Assembly (NCBI GenBank): GCA_022813965.1
Contig: JALDZS010000101.1
Span: 1-64,000, forward strand
Length of the DNA stretch: 64,000 bases
Direction: 5' to 3'
Origin: Toensbergia leucococca
Taxonomy: Eukaryota
Position numbers and translations under genes: made by a program. Positions within the stretch are counted from its first letter, which is position 1. Each line of letters starts with the position of its first letter. This document shows, one piece after another, positions 12,801 through 24,953 of this stretch. Under the pieces are notes generated by a model. The model was given only the letters and a program-made list of their open reading frames with translations, was not told the DNA's origin and did no database searches.

Positions 12801-13559
12801 AGAATAGCTTTGCTCCTTGATATAGTTCACTCCAGAATCTGTGCTTCAATCGCTTCTTCGCGTCTCGCAATGTGCTAGGGTTTCGAAATAAATCAAGGTG
12901 TGTCAGTATGCCAAAGACGTTTCCAGGCATGCCGCTTGCTGAGAGTATGTTCAGGAATTCCATCGTCTCCATTTCAAAGCCAAAATTCCCGTCGATCATT
13001 AGCAAGACTATATCTGCTATTTTGGAGACGTCGATCATACTCGCGAGAGAATCTGCAGGGCATTCTATGAAGGTCAGACGCCGCCTCTTCGAAGTGACGA
13101 CTGTAAGAGGTCCATTAGGAGACGTGAGAGTATGTTTGGTATAGCGTTTGATTAGTGATTTAATGAGAATGGTCTTCCCAACCTAAGATTGGAATTAGTA
13201 TTGATTCTTTCAAGGCCACCAAGACCTCATACCCCGGGAGGTCCGACAACAGCAACAATGATAGGGGGAGCCTCTTCTGGTAGTCGGTCGACCAGAGGTA
13301 CATGTAGCCTCTTTTCCTTGACCTATGCTATTGTCAGAAATGTCATATCACTGTCCATAAGAGACTGAGTATACATCGTGGGATCGCGTAGCTTGCTTTT
13401 GCAGACGCCCGGGGTTCGCATAGGCAAAGGCTTTAGGATTGGGGCCTATGATCAGACTCAGCTTCTTGTCAGCCAGATTATTTACAGGAGGGCAGTACCT
13501 CCAGAATGCTTCTTCTTGTCTTTAGTTTTGCGATGAGGTCTGTTAGCCTGATCGTCCAT
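9865..13559 (-). CDS. BMS1: Ribosome biogenesis GTPase Bms1
   Basis: [11 protein letters not shown] start, P-loop [71 protein letters not shown]. Short 5' exons precede the 1057-aa ORF. Confidence 0.97.
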
Positions 13560-13891
13560 CGGATATGGGGGCGTGGCCTTTGCGCCGGTGTTTGACAAAA
13601 TTCTTTTTTGTGGCCGAGGTTTCGATGTTTTCCAGAAACATACTAGTATACGGGATATAATTGATCCGAAAGCGCGTCACTGTGCAGTTGCCCCACTACC
13701 CCCACGTTCGCTGAAGGTGGGGCATCAGCTGAGCTAAGAATGCGTTTTTATATATATCTCATCGCCTTTCCACTCGAACTCTTTGAACTGTGCAAGTATT
13801 CTCTGCAAGAAACTTTCGAACTGAAGAGCTTTACGTCAATCTAAGCTACCACACACTGTATCGAACATTCTCCCCGAACTCCTTCCGCAAG

Positions 13892-14269
13892 ATGTTATAT
13901 AATGTGCGTAGCCTTTTCCACCGGTTCGAGGATGAAGCTGATCTCAATCTCGCTACAGGTGACTTTGAAGGAAAACGCTTCTCCTGAAGAGCTGACCAAG
14001 TAATTCTAACATGACGACCCGCTGGGAACTAAAAGAAAACTGATGGTGGAATCTAGAGCGAAAGACACTGCTATTTCTCAAGGTGGTGATATTAAGCACG
14101 AATTTACTCTGATAAAGGGATTCACGTGTGTAGATATCTGCTTAGTTTTGGAGGAGTGAAGCTGTGCTAATTTCATTGCGGTGTTGACTTTCCTGCTGAT
14201 AAAGTCAATATCCTCGAGTCGAACGAGCACGTTCACGTCGAGCAGGATGCAGAAGTCACCACTCAATAG
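13892..14269 (+). CDS. Small peptidase inhibitor I9 family protein (proteinase B inhibitor-like), 4 exons; absent from the ORF track
   Basis: Spliced product MLYNVTLKENASPEELTKAKDTAISQGGDIKHEFTLIKGFTVDFPADKVNILESNEHVHVEQDAEVTTQ. The third intron acceptor reads GG rather than AG. Confidence 0.85.
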
Positions 14270-14604
14270 GAAGGAGGGTCAAGCTGAAGTTGAAATTGAA
14301 GTTGAGGGAATAGTGATGTTCTGTTGATTGGAAGCGTTGGAATTAATAGATGATGTCTTTCGCCCATGACATAAGTACGAGACACGAGTAATTATCTCCC
14401 TTTCTAATACTACATCTCTATCTCGTCTGCGTGCACCGAAACGAGTAGACATACTTCAAAAAATTTATGACTTCCCTAAATTAATCATCTTCACTGAAGT
14501 TCTGCATCGAATCTGAGTCCGACGTTTCGCCGCTTTCACACAATTAAATCTGCATCAACATAATATTATTCTTCCCAGAAATTTGATTACCTTGGTCGAG
14601 ACAG

Positions 14605-16011
14605 ATGGCTCAGAGGCCTGTGATTCTGGAATCGCGCTTCTTGCACATCCTCTGCCCGCTGAAGCGGAGATCGAGGCTTTACATTACATCGTCCACCCAA
14701 TCTCACGCGAGCCCCCCTTGGTCACATCCTCCGACGTCTAACAACATTTCGAACGATGCAGTTGCTAAGCTCGCAGCGAGACCTCTACACCTCCTGACAT
14801 TGGCAGACCTTGTTCGGTGATTGCATATGCCATTATGCCTTGCTGCCTCATGGCGCGTGCTGACATCAGATTGTAGACATGGTCGCCCACCTCTGTCAAC
14901 AGAGGCTCTTCTAGCATCTGCAAACTTCACCTTATCTCTTCTCCCAATACGCTTGGCGCATCGAATTCAGGCCCTGCGCAATCTACCTTTTATAGTCGTT
15001 TCAAATCCATATATCGCTCAAATTTACAATAATTATGTTCACTCTTTCTCAACATTGCTGCCCTACCAAGAACGGCGCATCACTAGCCTCGAAGAAGAGG
15101 TACAATTCACAGAGGTCATGGCAGACCTAGTTCAAACACATTCAAACACCATCCCGATTCTCGCAAGGGGTTTCTTAGAATGTAGAAAATATATCAGCCC
15201 ATTGGATGTTACCCGCTTCTTGGATGAACACCTTCGGGCTAGGATAGGGACACGTCTAATGGCTGAACAACACATTGCCCTTCATCTGTCCTCGCAGCCA
15301 CATAATAGCGGGGTTTCAAAGCAGCCCCAAGATAGCAACTCAAGCTACATTGGCGTTATCGACACTGAGCTTCGCCCTGCAGAAATCATACGACATTGCG
15401 AATCTTTCGTCTCGGAAATCTGCGAGTTGAAGTACGGAGTGCGACCGACGTTGGTTATCAACGGTCAACCGGAAACAAGGCTTGCACACGTACCCACTCA
15501 TCTGGAATACATCCTCACCGAGCTACTAAAGAATGCTTTTCGTGCTACGGTTGAAAGCGGAAGAGAGCGTAAGCCGATTGAGGTCACAATTGCTGCTTCG
15601 CCGTCCAATTCGTCTCGATCTTCGACAGAGGCAATTGGAAAGACAAGTTCTCTTCCAGACGCTGCTGCACCCGGCTTCCCCTTACGGTCAGACCCTTTAA
15701 TACCTGGGGTGACAATTCGCTTGCGTGATCACGGTGGTGGGATATCACCCGAGAATCTTCTTAATATCTGGTCCTATAGCTTCACTACCTTTGGGGACGA
15801 CGAGGTTCCTGACCCTAGTAACGGTAATATCGATGCGCTGAATGCCATTTCAGGGGCTGGCGCTGAAGGAAGTAGTCTGGCTGGATTAGGTTATGGGTTG
15901 CCGCTGGGGCGAGCATACGCGGAGTATTTTGGTGGAGGGATCGCGGTTCAGAGTCTCTGGGGTTGGGGCACTGATGTCTACTTGAATTTGAGAGGGCTTG
16001 GGGAGACCTGA
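14605..16011 (+). CDS. Mitochondrial PDK/BCKD-kinase family protein kinase
   Basis: LPIRLAHRIQALRNLPF, RIGTRLMAEQH, YILTELLKNAFRAT, DHGGGI, AGLGYGLPLGRAYAEYFGG. One intron at ~14817-14876. Confidence 0.93.
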
Positions 16012-18278
16012 TGACCTATTCATTCTGGAAAGAATAGCCGAGATATTGTGAGTTCAATATCGTTGTCACTGCATCTTATGTCCATGATTTCTGTCTCCAC
16101 ATGGAATGCGCCTTTTGTGAGACGGCAAGTCCTCGTCTGGCGAGTGTAATTATACATAGACCCTCGATAGCTTCCTGGTGACTGCGAAAACTAGACAAGA
16201 GTCTCCAATAACTTCAAGTTGGCAAGGTAGTAGCAAGTTGAGAGAAGTGGTGACAATGATACAAGTACAACCAGGAAAGTCTTAGGATCTTAGTTCCATG
16301 CTCGGGAACAATTTTATTGAAAGAGGCCCATAGATCTTTTGCGAGTGAGCCTTGAATGCTGCTTTTGGCGTGGGAAACGTTAGGCAGGAGAAAAGCCGAA
16401 TACGAGACATAAGAAGGGTTCAACACAGTAAACGGTCATTCTTCAATGTTTCTTCCGCACGGAGCCTGCCATGGTCTTCGCAAGCCGAATGAATCTCGCT
16501 GCACCCATTCAACTCCTTCTACCGAGCGATAGAAGTTGAGAGACGGGAAGTTCTCAGCGCAAGTAAGCTGAGCACTTCATTGTCATAGAATGAACATACT
16601 AGAGGTAAATATGGTGTTCAAATTTGTGTTGTATCTGCAGCAACAAAGAATCTTCTATCCCTTCAAAGGCGTCAATAATGTAATGCAAAGTTGCTACCTG
16701 GCTCGGGCTGATACTGAGGCAGGGACTTTTGGAGCCATAAGGAAGGTTTCACGCGAAGGCTGGATACTCTTTGACCATATCGCCTGGAATATTTGAAATG
16801 TCGAATCAATGGGAAACCTCGATTTTCGGGATGGCTTGAGCCCAAAGGGCGTTATTTGGACATCTCTTGACTCATTAAAGGGCTCGGCTCTCACTCATGT
16901 ATCCAAGGTGTCAATTTTTGCAATCACAGAAATTATGGAGCATGAGACTCATGAAAAGCATCTAATCAGACAATGAGATGAAACGGACGGAATCGAAATG
17001 AAATGGGCAATGCTTCCTCGTAGCACTTGGATTGTATCCTGCAGATGATTTGGCGATAGCGATGCTGTACAGTCTTGAAAAACTCGTGGGTCAGGAATCG
17101 ATTGTGCTTGGTGCATCAGCGACGTGTCTGATCTCCTGGATTCAGCAGATTAGATGATGAAGTTCCGTGGAAGACTAGCTTGGCTTTCTCTCGTATTTTG
17201 CTGTTGGTGCGAAACAAAATAAGATTGAAGCGTGGTCAATGGTCATCGCCATTGCACTTTGGATCTAGCACATTGCAATTGACACAACACCCCAGCAGCT
17301 TTGTGGCATTTTGCATGGCTCGGACTGGCCGGGAACGAAGAGCTCGCTGTAGACATGATCACACAATTCACAGGGAAGTGCACGAAGGGAAAAGTCTCAA
17401 TTGATGTTTGGGTAAGAGCTGCCATGACTGCAGTAGATGTGGTTATCTAGAAAAAGAGACGTGAGGAGTGGATGTTTGACAGCAATCGACAACGAGAAGT
17501 AACGAAATGGAAGCAGAGATAGTGCTATAGGCAGGCTAAGGTCCCAGTAGTGTAGCACAAGATAAGGCGGCTCGCGGCCTCATCTCGACCGTAGTAGTAG
17601 AAGAATGACAAGCATCGAGGCAACATCGAGGCTACTGCGTGGGATGTAATCCCCATATTGTAATGCATAAAGCCTAATGTGCTCTGTGAGGTGGTGTGAG
17701 AGTGAAAGAATAAAGCGTTGTTGAGAGGTGGTGTGGTAAATATTCCTTAAGTCGGTTTCCTTCAAATTGCGGAGAAACTGATCTCTCTTCTTAGATCCGA
17801 ACTCTTGCTTCGCTCTTTTGGTCCGATGTATTGCAAGAACAACGTTCTCTGTCGTACCAGAGGTCCTCTGTGTGGGGTACTACTGCTGCAGTATAAGATG
17901 ACTGTGGCATGTGAAGAACACAGAGGTCTTTTCTGAGAGAGTACAGGCTAAAGAGGTTCGTGGTTAAGCGCCGGGGTCGTGGACCTGGTCGAATCACGAC
18001 TTCGAACTCCCCAATCACACAGCCCCTACCAAGATTAGCATCACTAGATGGTCATGCTGTCCTCCGTGCACTGCTGCTTTTGCTTGCCATTGGCAAACCT
18101 TACCGGCCGTTCTTTTCGCGCCCATGAACCGTGACACTTGGTCATCTCGTTATATCAGCCATCATGTGTTGTTTCAGCGTTGTCAACTCTTATATGACAG
18201 CTCTTTCTTGCTCCTGCTAATAGCTTTGGAGCGCCGTCGTAGATGGTCACCATGAGAGAGAAGTGATGGATCGGTTGA

Positions 18279-19811
18279 GTGATTTTGTGGACGTTGTGTA
18301 CTCGACATGCATTTCCGATTCAATCTCTTGTTGCGCCCCGCAATCAGAGCACCCATCCCAATCTGAATTGGAACCTTCAGGTAAGTTGCAGACTACCATC
18401 ATCGCAGGCTCTGGCTGACTGTGTCACAGAATTGGGTCAGCCAACCCCGTTTGACGACGATCAGCCCCGTCCGATACCTCCCCCAAAATTTGATCTTGAC
18501 CATCGCCGTCCAATCTCTCAAAGTTCCCCTCGTCCGTCCCAATGGCTGGCAGAAAGCCGAAGTATGGCTTCAAGGGCTTCAAGCAGAACCAGCTTCACAA
18601 GACGTAGCACTAGCCGCCGGCCTACCATTGGCACACCTTCAGACTTCAGGAGAGTCGAGCTTCCTCGCGGACGTATAGGAGGCTTCAGACCGTTGGAGCT
18701 CAGTATATACTTGCCGGGAAATGAGCTACCTTTGCTACCTGTCTTCAGTGAAGACTCGGTCGAAGTGCTCAAGGGGCTGGAATACCCTGCGCAGGCGCTA
18801 GTCAAGTCGAGATCAACTTCTATGTCATCCCGACCGTCGATAGCATTTACCATTCCCAGGAAACCTTTGGCCTCGGTCCGAACATTTTCTCTAGATGAGC
18901 CGCGGTGTAGCGTAGATAGCCATTTTACGCTGAACGGCAGCACTCTGTTGGGGCTACCACAACCCCTGCATCACAAGCCTACTGCTGCTACCAGTCAGAG
19001 TACACGAGAATTCTTGGACGCTCTTGAGACCCGGCTACCCCAGTCACTCCCTCCATCACGATTCAGATTCGGTCCGGAACCGATTTCCACGCTTCATCGG
19101 AGGGCGAGCGATCAGAACCTACGTCTACGAACCCACCTTGAAGAGCGCGAACAGGCTGAGAGGCGTTTACAAGATTGCGATACCATCTTGGAGGAATTAC
19201 AATTTGATGTTGAGCGAGACTTACCTGGCGTAAAATCGATCTCGAACAATAGCGATACTAAAGCTGAGGGCCTTCTGTCCAGCGCCGAGCAATTGCCGAG
19301 AAGGATGCGGCCATCACGATCAATGACGTTGCCACAATTACCAAATGATTCGCTTCGCCTATTGCCATCAATATCAAAGACTACACTGCTACCATATCCA
19401 CCAATGGCACAAGTAGACATCGTTCCTCTCCAGTCCGAGAAAGCCATTGGGAAGGTCGTCGATGTCGAGCGTATCCCTAATCGCAACCCACTTTCCACCC
19501 GCTCTCGTGTTTCCCAGTGGCTTTTACGATCCGTCTCTACCCACCCGGCCAGCAATACAACCGAAGCAATGGTCCCTAACACTAGCTTCTATCAGTGTCA
19601 GCTCTCTGCTGTTGATGACGTTGCATCAACAGTCTCCAGTCGCTCGAGCAATCTCAGCAGCGTGGAGCTAGGTAGCCCATGGACAACGCCACACTCGTCG
19701 CCGCACAAGAATAAGAATTCCCTCTCTTCATGTCGAACTAGCGTGCCGGGTCTAGGAGCAGGCTTTGATGAAGGGAAGCCTCCAGGAACAGGTATTGGGG
19801 CAGCATTTTGA
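18279..19811 (+). CDS. Hypothetical Ser/Pro/Arg-rich protein; true 5' exons uncertain
   Basis: 510-codon ORF with blocks RRPTIGTPSDFRRV and FRPLELSIYLPGNELP. A gtaagt...ctgac...cag intron lies at ~18381-18429. Confidence 0.7.
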   Translation: MILWTLCTRHAFPIQSLVAPRNQSTHPNLNWNLQVSCRLPSSQALADCVTELGQPTPFDDDQPRPIPPPKFDLDHRRPISQSSPRPSQWLAESRSMASRASSRTSFTRRSTSRRPTIGTPSDFRRVELPRGRIGGFRPLELSIYLPGNELPLLPVFSEDSVEVLKGLEYPAQALVKSRSTSMSSRPSIAFTIPRKPLASVRTFSLDEPRCSVDSHFTLNGSTLLGLPQPLHHKPTAATSQSTREFLDALETRLPQSLPPSRFRFGPEPISTLHRRASDQNLRLRTHLEEREQAERRLQDCDTILEELQFDVERDLPGVKSISNNSDTKAEGLLSSAEQLPRRMRPSRSMTLPQLPNDSLRLLPSISKTTLLPYPPMAQVDIVPLQSEKAIGKVVDVERIPNRNPLSTRSRVSQWLLRSVSTHPASNTTEAMVPNTSFYQCQLSAVDDVASTVSSRSSNLSSVELGSPWTTPHSSPHKNKNSLSSCRTSVPGLGAGFDEGKPPGTGIGAAF

Positions 19812-20245
19812 AAGGTTTTTGGCAGTCTCTGTGGCAATGCGTACGATTCTTCTAATAATTTCAGTTCAATCCTTGGCGGATGTTCTTCTTTTTCTTAGAT
19901 ACCCTACCCGAAATAAAGTAAGGTGTGTTCTTTATTGATAATAGTAGTGTTAGGCCTAGACGCATTACACTCAAGACTGATAGGATGTCATAATATTGAA
20001 TATTCAGCCATCTACTGACCCTTGCGTGCTTAACCCAATCACAAAACGACATGGAGTCATCTATCGTGCACTCTTTCTTGGCGTATGCAGCATTTAATGA
20101 GGCTGCTAGCCACTAGTGCAGTGTGCAGTCATCTCCACAGCCACCACAGCTGAGCAACATCAACTTCAGAATTAAGATGCTTTGACATCCCGTCTCCGAG
20201 AGGGTTTCAAGGGGAGGAAAAGAGTCGGTATCACGAGAGTTGCAG

Positions 20246-23200
20246 ATGACCATGGCATCGAAAATTGTCTCTGAAGATGCTTGGACTGTCGCTCGAGATA
20301 GGCTATTGACAGACCCGGATCTTACCATGGACGAGCAAGACTCTTTGAGATCTTGCGCTGTTGCCAATATCATCACTGAGTTGTTGTCCTTGGAGGCACA
20401 ACATGCTCAAGGAAGCAAGGCAAGATTCTATCTAAGGCGCCTGAGAGATTTCCTTGGGCCCTTGACAAGATTTGGTCCCGCTCTGGACGTTCTGGCCAAT
20501 GCAGATTCCCATGGTCTACTCTCGTTGGTCTGGGGAAGCATGCGTATTGTCTTGTTAGTAAGTACTACTGATCCTTTCAGCATACGCTCCCGCCTCTCAA
20601 GAGGACTGCCGCTGATAGGGTGAAAACATGGGACATTCTCTTTTTATCAAATTATCCTTGTTTCAAGCAAGATGCCTTATTCTTTCCAGTCAAGTTCTGT
20701 ATCTCTATCATAGATTAAACAGACCTCGTTCGTTCAAGTATACGAATAACCGTCCTAATGGATCACTAGATTGCGAAAGACTTCGACGAGTATTTCGACC
20801 AGCTTCTATCATTTTTGTGTGATATCGGAGCTGTCTTCGAGAGACTGCAGAGATATCAAACCCTTGCTCCGCAGTCGGCGCGGCTTCGTCGGACGCTGTC
20901 ACGAATCTTTGCAGAGTTTCTAGAATTTTCACATGACACACGCAACGTCTTTAGGAAGAAGAAGTCGAGTAAGCATAAAGCCCTCGAGAACTTTCTCTCA
21001 ATCGCGTGTTCCAAGGAAGTGCTAACGTTTTATCTCCATTGGCTTGAAGTGTTTGATCGAACAAGTCTCAAGGTTCTGAGATCTAAGCTTTGGACGGACT
21101 ATAATGGAGAAGCTGATAAACGAGTCTTGAACATCAAAGGATTGTGTGATGATGCTGAACGAGAAGCTCATCTTGCTGTCGCTGAGCAAAGTTTTCAAAG
21201 AGGCAAGGAGGCCACGGCCTTCTACCGGGACGTCCGCGATGTTACCTCAAAACAAGGTCCAAGCTTTCTAACGTCTTATTGTATCGAACCAAATGCCAAA
21301 ATTGCTAACGTGTACTACAGAGAAAAGGAATGGCCAAGATATCGCGGAGGGAGAGCGACGTCTGATGAAGCAGATCGGCGAGTGGCTGGCGCCAGTCCCT
21401 GTTGAAGTCGATTACGAATCATTCAGAAGGCGCCTATTTCCAGGAACGTGTGAATGGATCTACGAGAAAGCAGAATTTTCGAGATGGTTACTAAATGATG
21501 ACAATAACAAAAACCCTAGCCTGCTTTGGATCAGTGGAATTCCTGGCGCTGGAAAGACCTACCTGTCCACACACATAATTCAGAGACTCAGGAAGCGCTC
21601 AGCGACTGGATACTTCTACTGCAAGGCGAATGACGAAAGGAAACGTACTGTGCTTGCAATCTTACGTACCTGGACCTGGCAGCTGTTACAGCAGAATCCA
21701 TCTCAACTCGATAAAGTAACAGAGATCTTTTATCAAGGAACGCCAGCCAATATCATAAATATGACTGAAGCCCTGACCAGACTGGTGCACAATATCCACG
21801 ATTGTCGACTGGTTCTGGACGGCCTCGATGAATGTAAACCGAAAGACAGGCGCGAGTTATTTCATCTCTTGCCCGATCTAACAGCTTACGCAAAGATATT
21901 GATTGTCTGCCAGAATGAACGTGACATTTCACGAGGCGTCGAGACGTGCGACAAGCAAAACGGATACATACGGCTTCGAATGACGGAGAGTGACAACGAG
22001 ACAGACATTAGGTGCTATCTTCGAGAAGCGATCGATCAACTGGATTTGAAAGATAAGGAAATGGAAGAAAGAGCCTTCTCCACGATCCTTGAAGGTGCAA
22101 ACGGCATGTTCCTCTGGGTCAAATTGATGATCAAAGAACTCTCCTTGCCCGGAAAGACGATCGAAGAATGTGAGAAGGCATTGCAACGACTTCCACGGGG
22201 GTTGGATGCTCTGTACGTCCGAATACTTGACGGCATTAACTCGAATGCCTTACTTAGGACAACTTCTCGGCAGATCTTCCAATGGATACTTGGAGCTCAA
22301 AGACCTCTCACTCTTAAGGAGTTGGACACGGCGCTTGCCATTCGAATTGAACAAGAGAACTTCGATCCCAAGAGACGAATTCGAGATCTCGCGTCAGCCA
22401 TCAGTCAATGCTGTGGCTCCCTGGTAGACATAGACCAAGGTCTGGTTAGATTTGTCCACGCATCTGTAAAAGAGTTTCTTTTGAACACAGCCCAAGACTC
22501 AGAACCCACCATCTCATTTCTTTTCACCGAGCATGAAGTCAATCGCCATGCGGCCCAGTGTTGTCTCACATATCTTTCCTACAGTAATATCGGATTTGCC
22601 CCTGTTGATAGCAATTACGAGGACTCGTTGACGAATTTAGACAAGCATATAGCCTATCATGACTTTCTTGATTATGCTGCATTAAATTGGTATGTACATC
22701 TTGAGTGGTTCTCCGACGAGCTTGACGATAAGACATGTTCTACTCTCCGAAGATTTTATAATTCCGAGCATCATTCAGTCAAATGGCTACAGCTTATCCA
22801 TCGCCTTCGCGTCGCGAATGAGGAGCGGCAGTCCGTTCCAAGTATTGTAATGTTTGACAAAGTTCGAGCTCTTTCCAAAGTACAACAAGCGCCGTATCAG
22901 GATGAGTTCTCGAGCTGGTTTACTCACCTGGATCTTGAGCCGGGCGGGAGATTCTTTCGTTTCCAACGATACATGCATTCTTACAACGCCTTTGATTATT
23001 TACTCCCTATCCACATTGCTGCCTTTTTCGACTTTGTCGAAGTCGTACGAGACGAGCTCGACAACGGAGTGTCTGTAGACGCTCGAGGGTCACACCCTGG
23101 CGGCCCGCTTTTCTCTGCCGTACGAGGGGCTGCCATCGAAACGACAAAGTTGCTTATTGAAAGAGGTGCTTCTGTGAGCATTCGAGACGGTAGCGGTGAA

Positions 23201-24595
23201 ACTGTGCTTATGGAGGCGATTGACTGGGAGGGCAACACGGAAAGCACGTTAAGATCTTTCGATTTGGCAGGCGTTCTCATCAAAGCTGGGGTAGATGTCT
23301 GCGCCAAGAGTATCTCTGGAAACACCGCGCTGAAGGCTGCATGCCGCATACCATCTGATGATGTTTATGTCATTGAGCTTCTGCACTTAATGCTGGAAAG
23401 TGGAGCTAAGCAAGATCTCGATGGCGCAATTGATGAAGTTGATCAATCACCCTTGCATCTTGTCACGCTACTCAACTATCCGGAGCGGGCAAAAATTCTA
23501 CTCCAGTACGGCGCGAACCCGGAAGGTAGGCCTAGGGGAGATTTTCGTGACACCAGAACTCCACTGATGACAGCTTGCTGGAACAAGGACTCGACTGTAG
23601 TACCAGTGTTACTAGAAGCCGGAGCAAATGTCAATGCAAGAGATGAAAATGGGCGTACAGCCTTACACGTTTCGGCCACTCGTGATTCCAAATCAACAGA
23701 GATTTTACTAGACCATGGAGCAGATGTCAATGCCGTCACAACAGACAGAAACGCACTCCCTTTGCACTGTGCAGTGCGGGGAGATCATGTGGAGCAAATG
23801 AGACTTCTGCTCCTCCGTGGAAGTGAGCTTGAGGTTAAAGATGCTCGCGAGAGGACCCCTTTGGACATTGCGGTCGACAACCAGTCTTCGCGAGCCGTGG
23901 AAATCCTTCTCAAAGCAGGTGCGAGGGCAGAGCGGGACGATACAATCATTGAGTGCAAGGAAATGCAGCTTCGGGTGCGTCACGTACAACGGATCTACTG
24001 GCCCTCGCGACCTAGAGATGTATTTCGCGTGGCCATTGCATTACACCGTCGAACAGGCAATCGACTACCAAACACGGTCATATCAAGCATCTTGAATCTG
24101 GCTGAATACTGGCTCAAGATGTCTGTCGCTCGTTCAGATTGGCTCGATGTCAACGAAGAACTCTCTGGGCCAGCATACCTCGAGACTAAGCCGATCATAG
24201 GTTGCCCCAAAAATCCAATCAAGAGGATTGTCTTCACCACTAAGAGCCTCGATCAGGGATTTAGCAGTTATCCGGATTATCATGGTACCTACGAAAAGTC
24301 GCGGACCTGGTTTGAGCCAAGGATCACTCGAGCAAACGGTCTACTTGTCCATCCCGAACGTAGCCTTCCACGAATAGTTACGAATGTACATGCGGGTCGA
24401 GAAGCATTTACACATGTTGTGAAATGTGATCGGCAGAACCCTCGTGAGCACCGGGCTTGGGTGAGGCAACTGAAGCCAGGCGATGTTGTTGGCGTGGTTC
24501 CTGCAGCACGCGGTCCGTGTTGGGTGAACCATGTGCGGAGTGTGCAGATTGATATGTACACTACCTGCCTGATCGAGGAGCCGGAGATTGCCTGA
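20246..24595 (+). CDS. Fungal NLR-like protein: helical N-terminal domain, NACHT, winged helix, ankyrin repeats, extra C-terminal domain
   Basis: N-terminal ALDVLANAD...LVWGSMRIVL. PGTCEWI, Walker A GIPGAGKT, Walker B LVLDGLDEC, GANGMFLWVKL, RFVHASVKEFL. About 8-9 ankyrin repeats (e.g. GANVNARDENGRTALH). Three GT-AG introns in the 5' part. Confidence 0.92.
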
Positions 24596-24953
24596 AGCAC
24601 ATTCATACAAACAATCGGTGTACCTGGAGCCTGGTAAGGGTCAGTCTCACGGAATATGAAGACTAAATGGGTTTGGCCACAGCGTGTATGATTGATGAGG
24701 GCAGTAGGGTTGTACGCAACATGGCTTGTCCTACCTGCGAAGTGCAACGCAAAATACTGAGCCTATGACCTCGTCATTGCGGGATCAGCACCGCGGCACT
24801 TGGGGGTTGGTATTTATCCGCGGGCATCTGCAGAATAAGAAAGACGCAGAAGTGGTCTATCTGCCTTGATAATGTTATGGCTCGATTGTCCTACTCAAGG
24901 TTCCTATATATTTCGAATCTGTCGAATATCGGAGCAGAGACCTTATCGCTCCT

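Noticed and set aside
16200..18100. Many short ORFs in a 2-kb intergenic region
   Set aside because: All short, mutually inconsistent and without family motifs; treated as promoter or UTR.
23000..23930. Possible highly conserved hypervariable ankyrin array (het-type allorecognition) or amyloid signalling motif
   Set aside because: The repeats are divergent at DNA level, and no amyloid-like N-terminus or adjacent HeLo/HET effector gene was seen.
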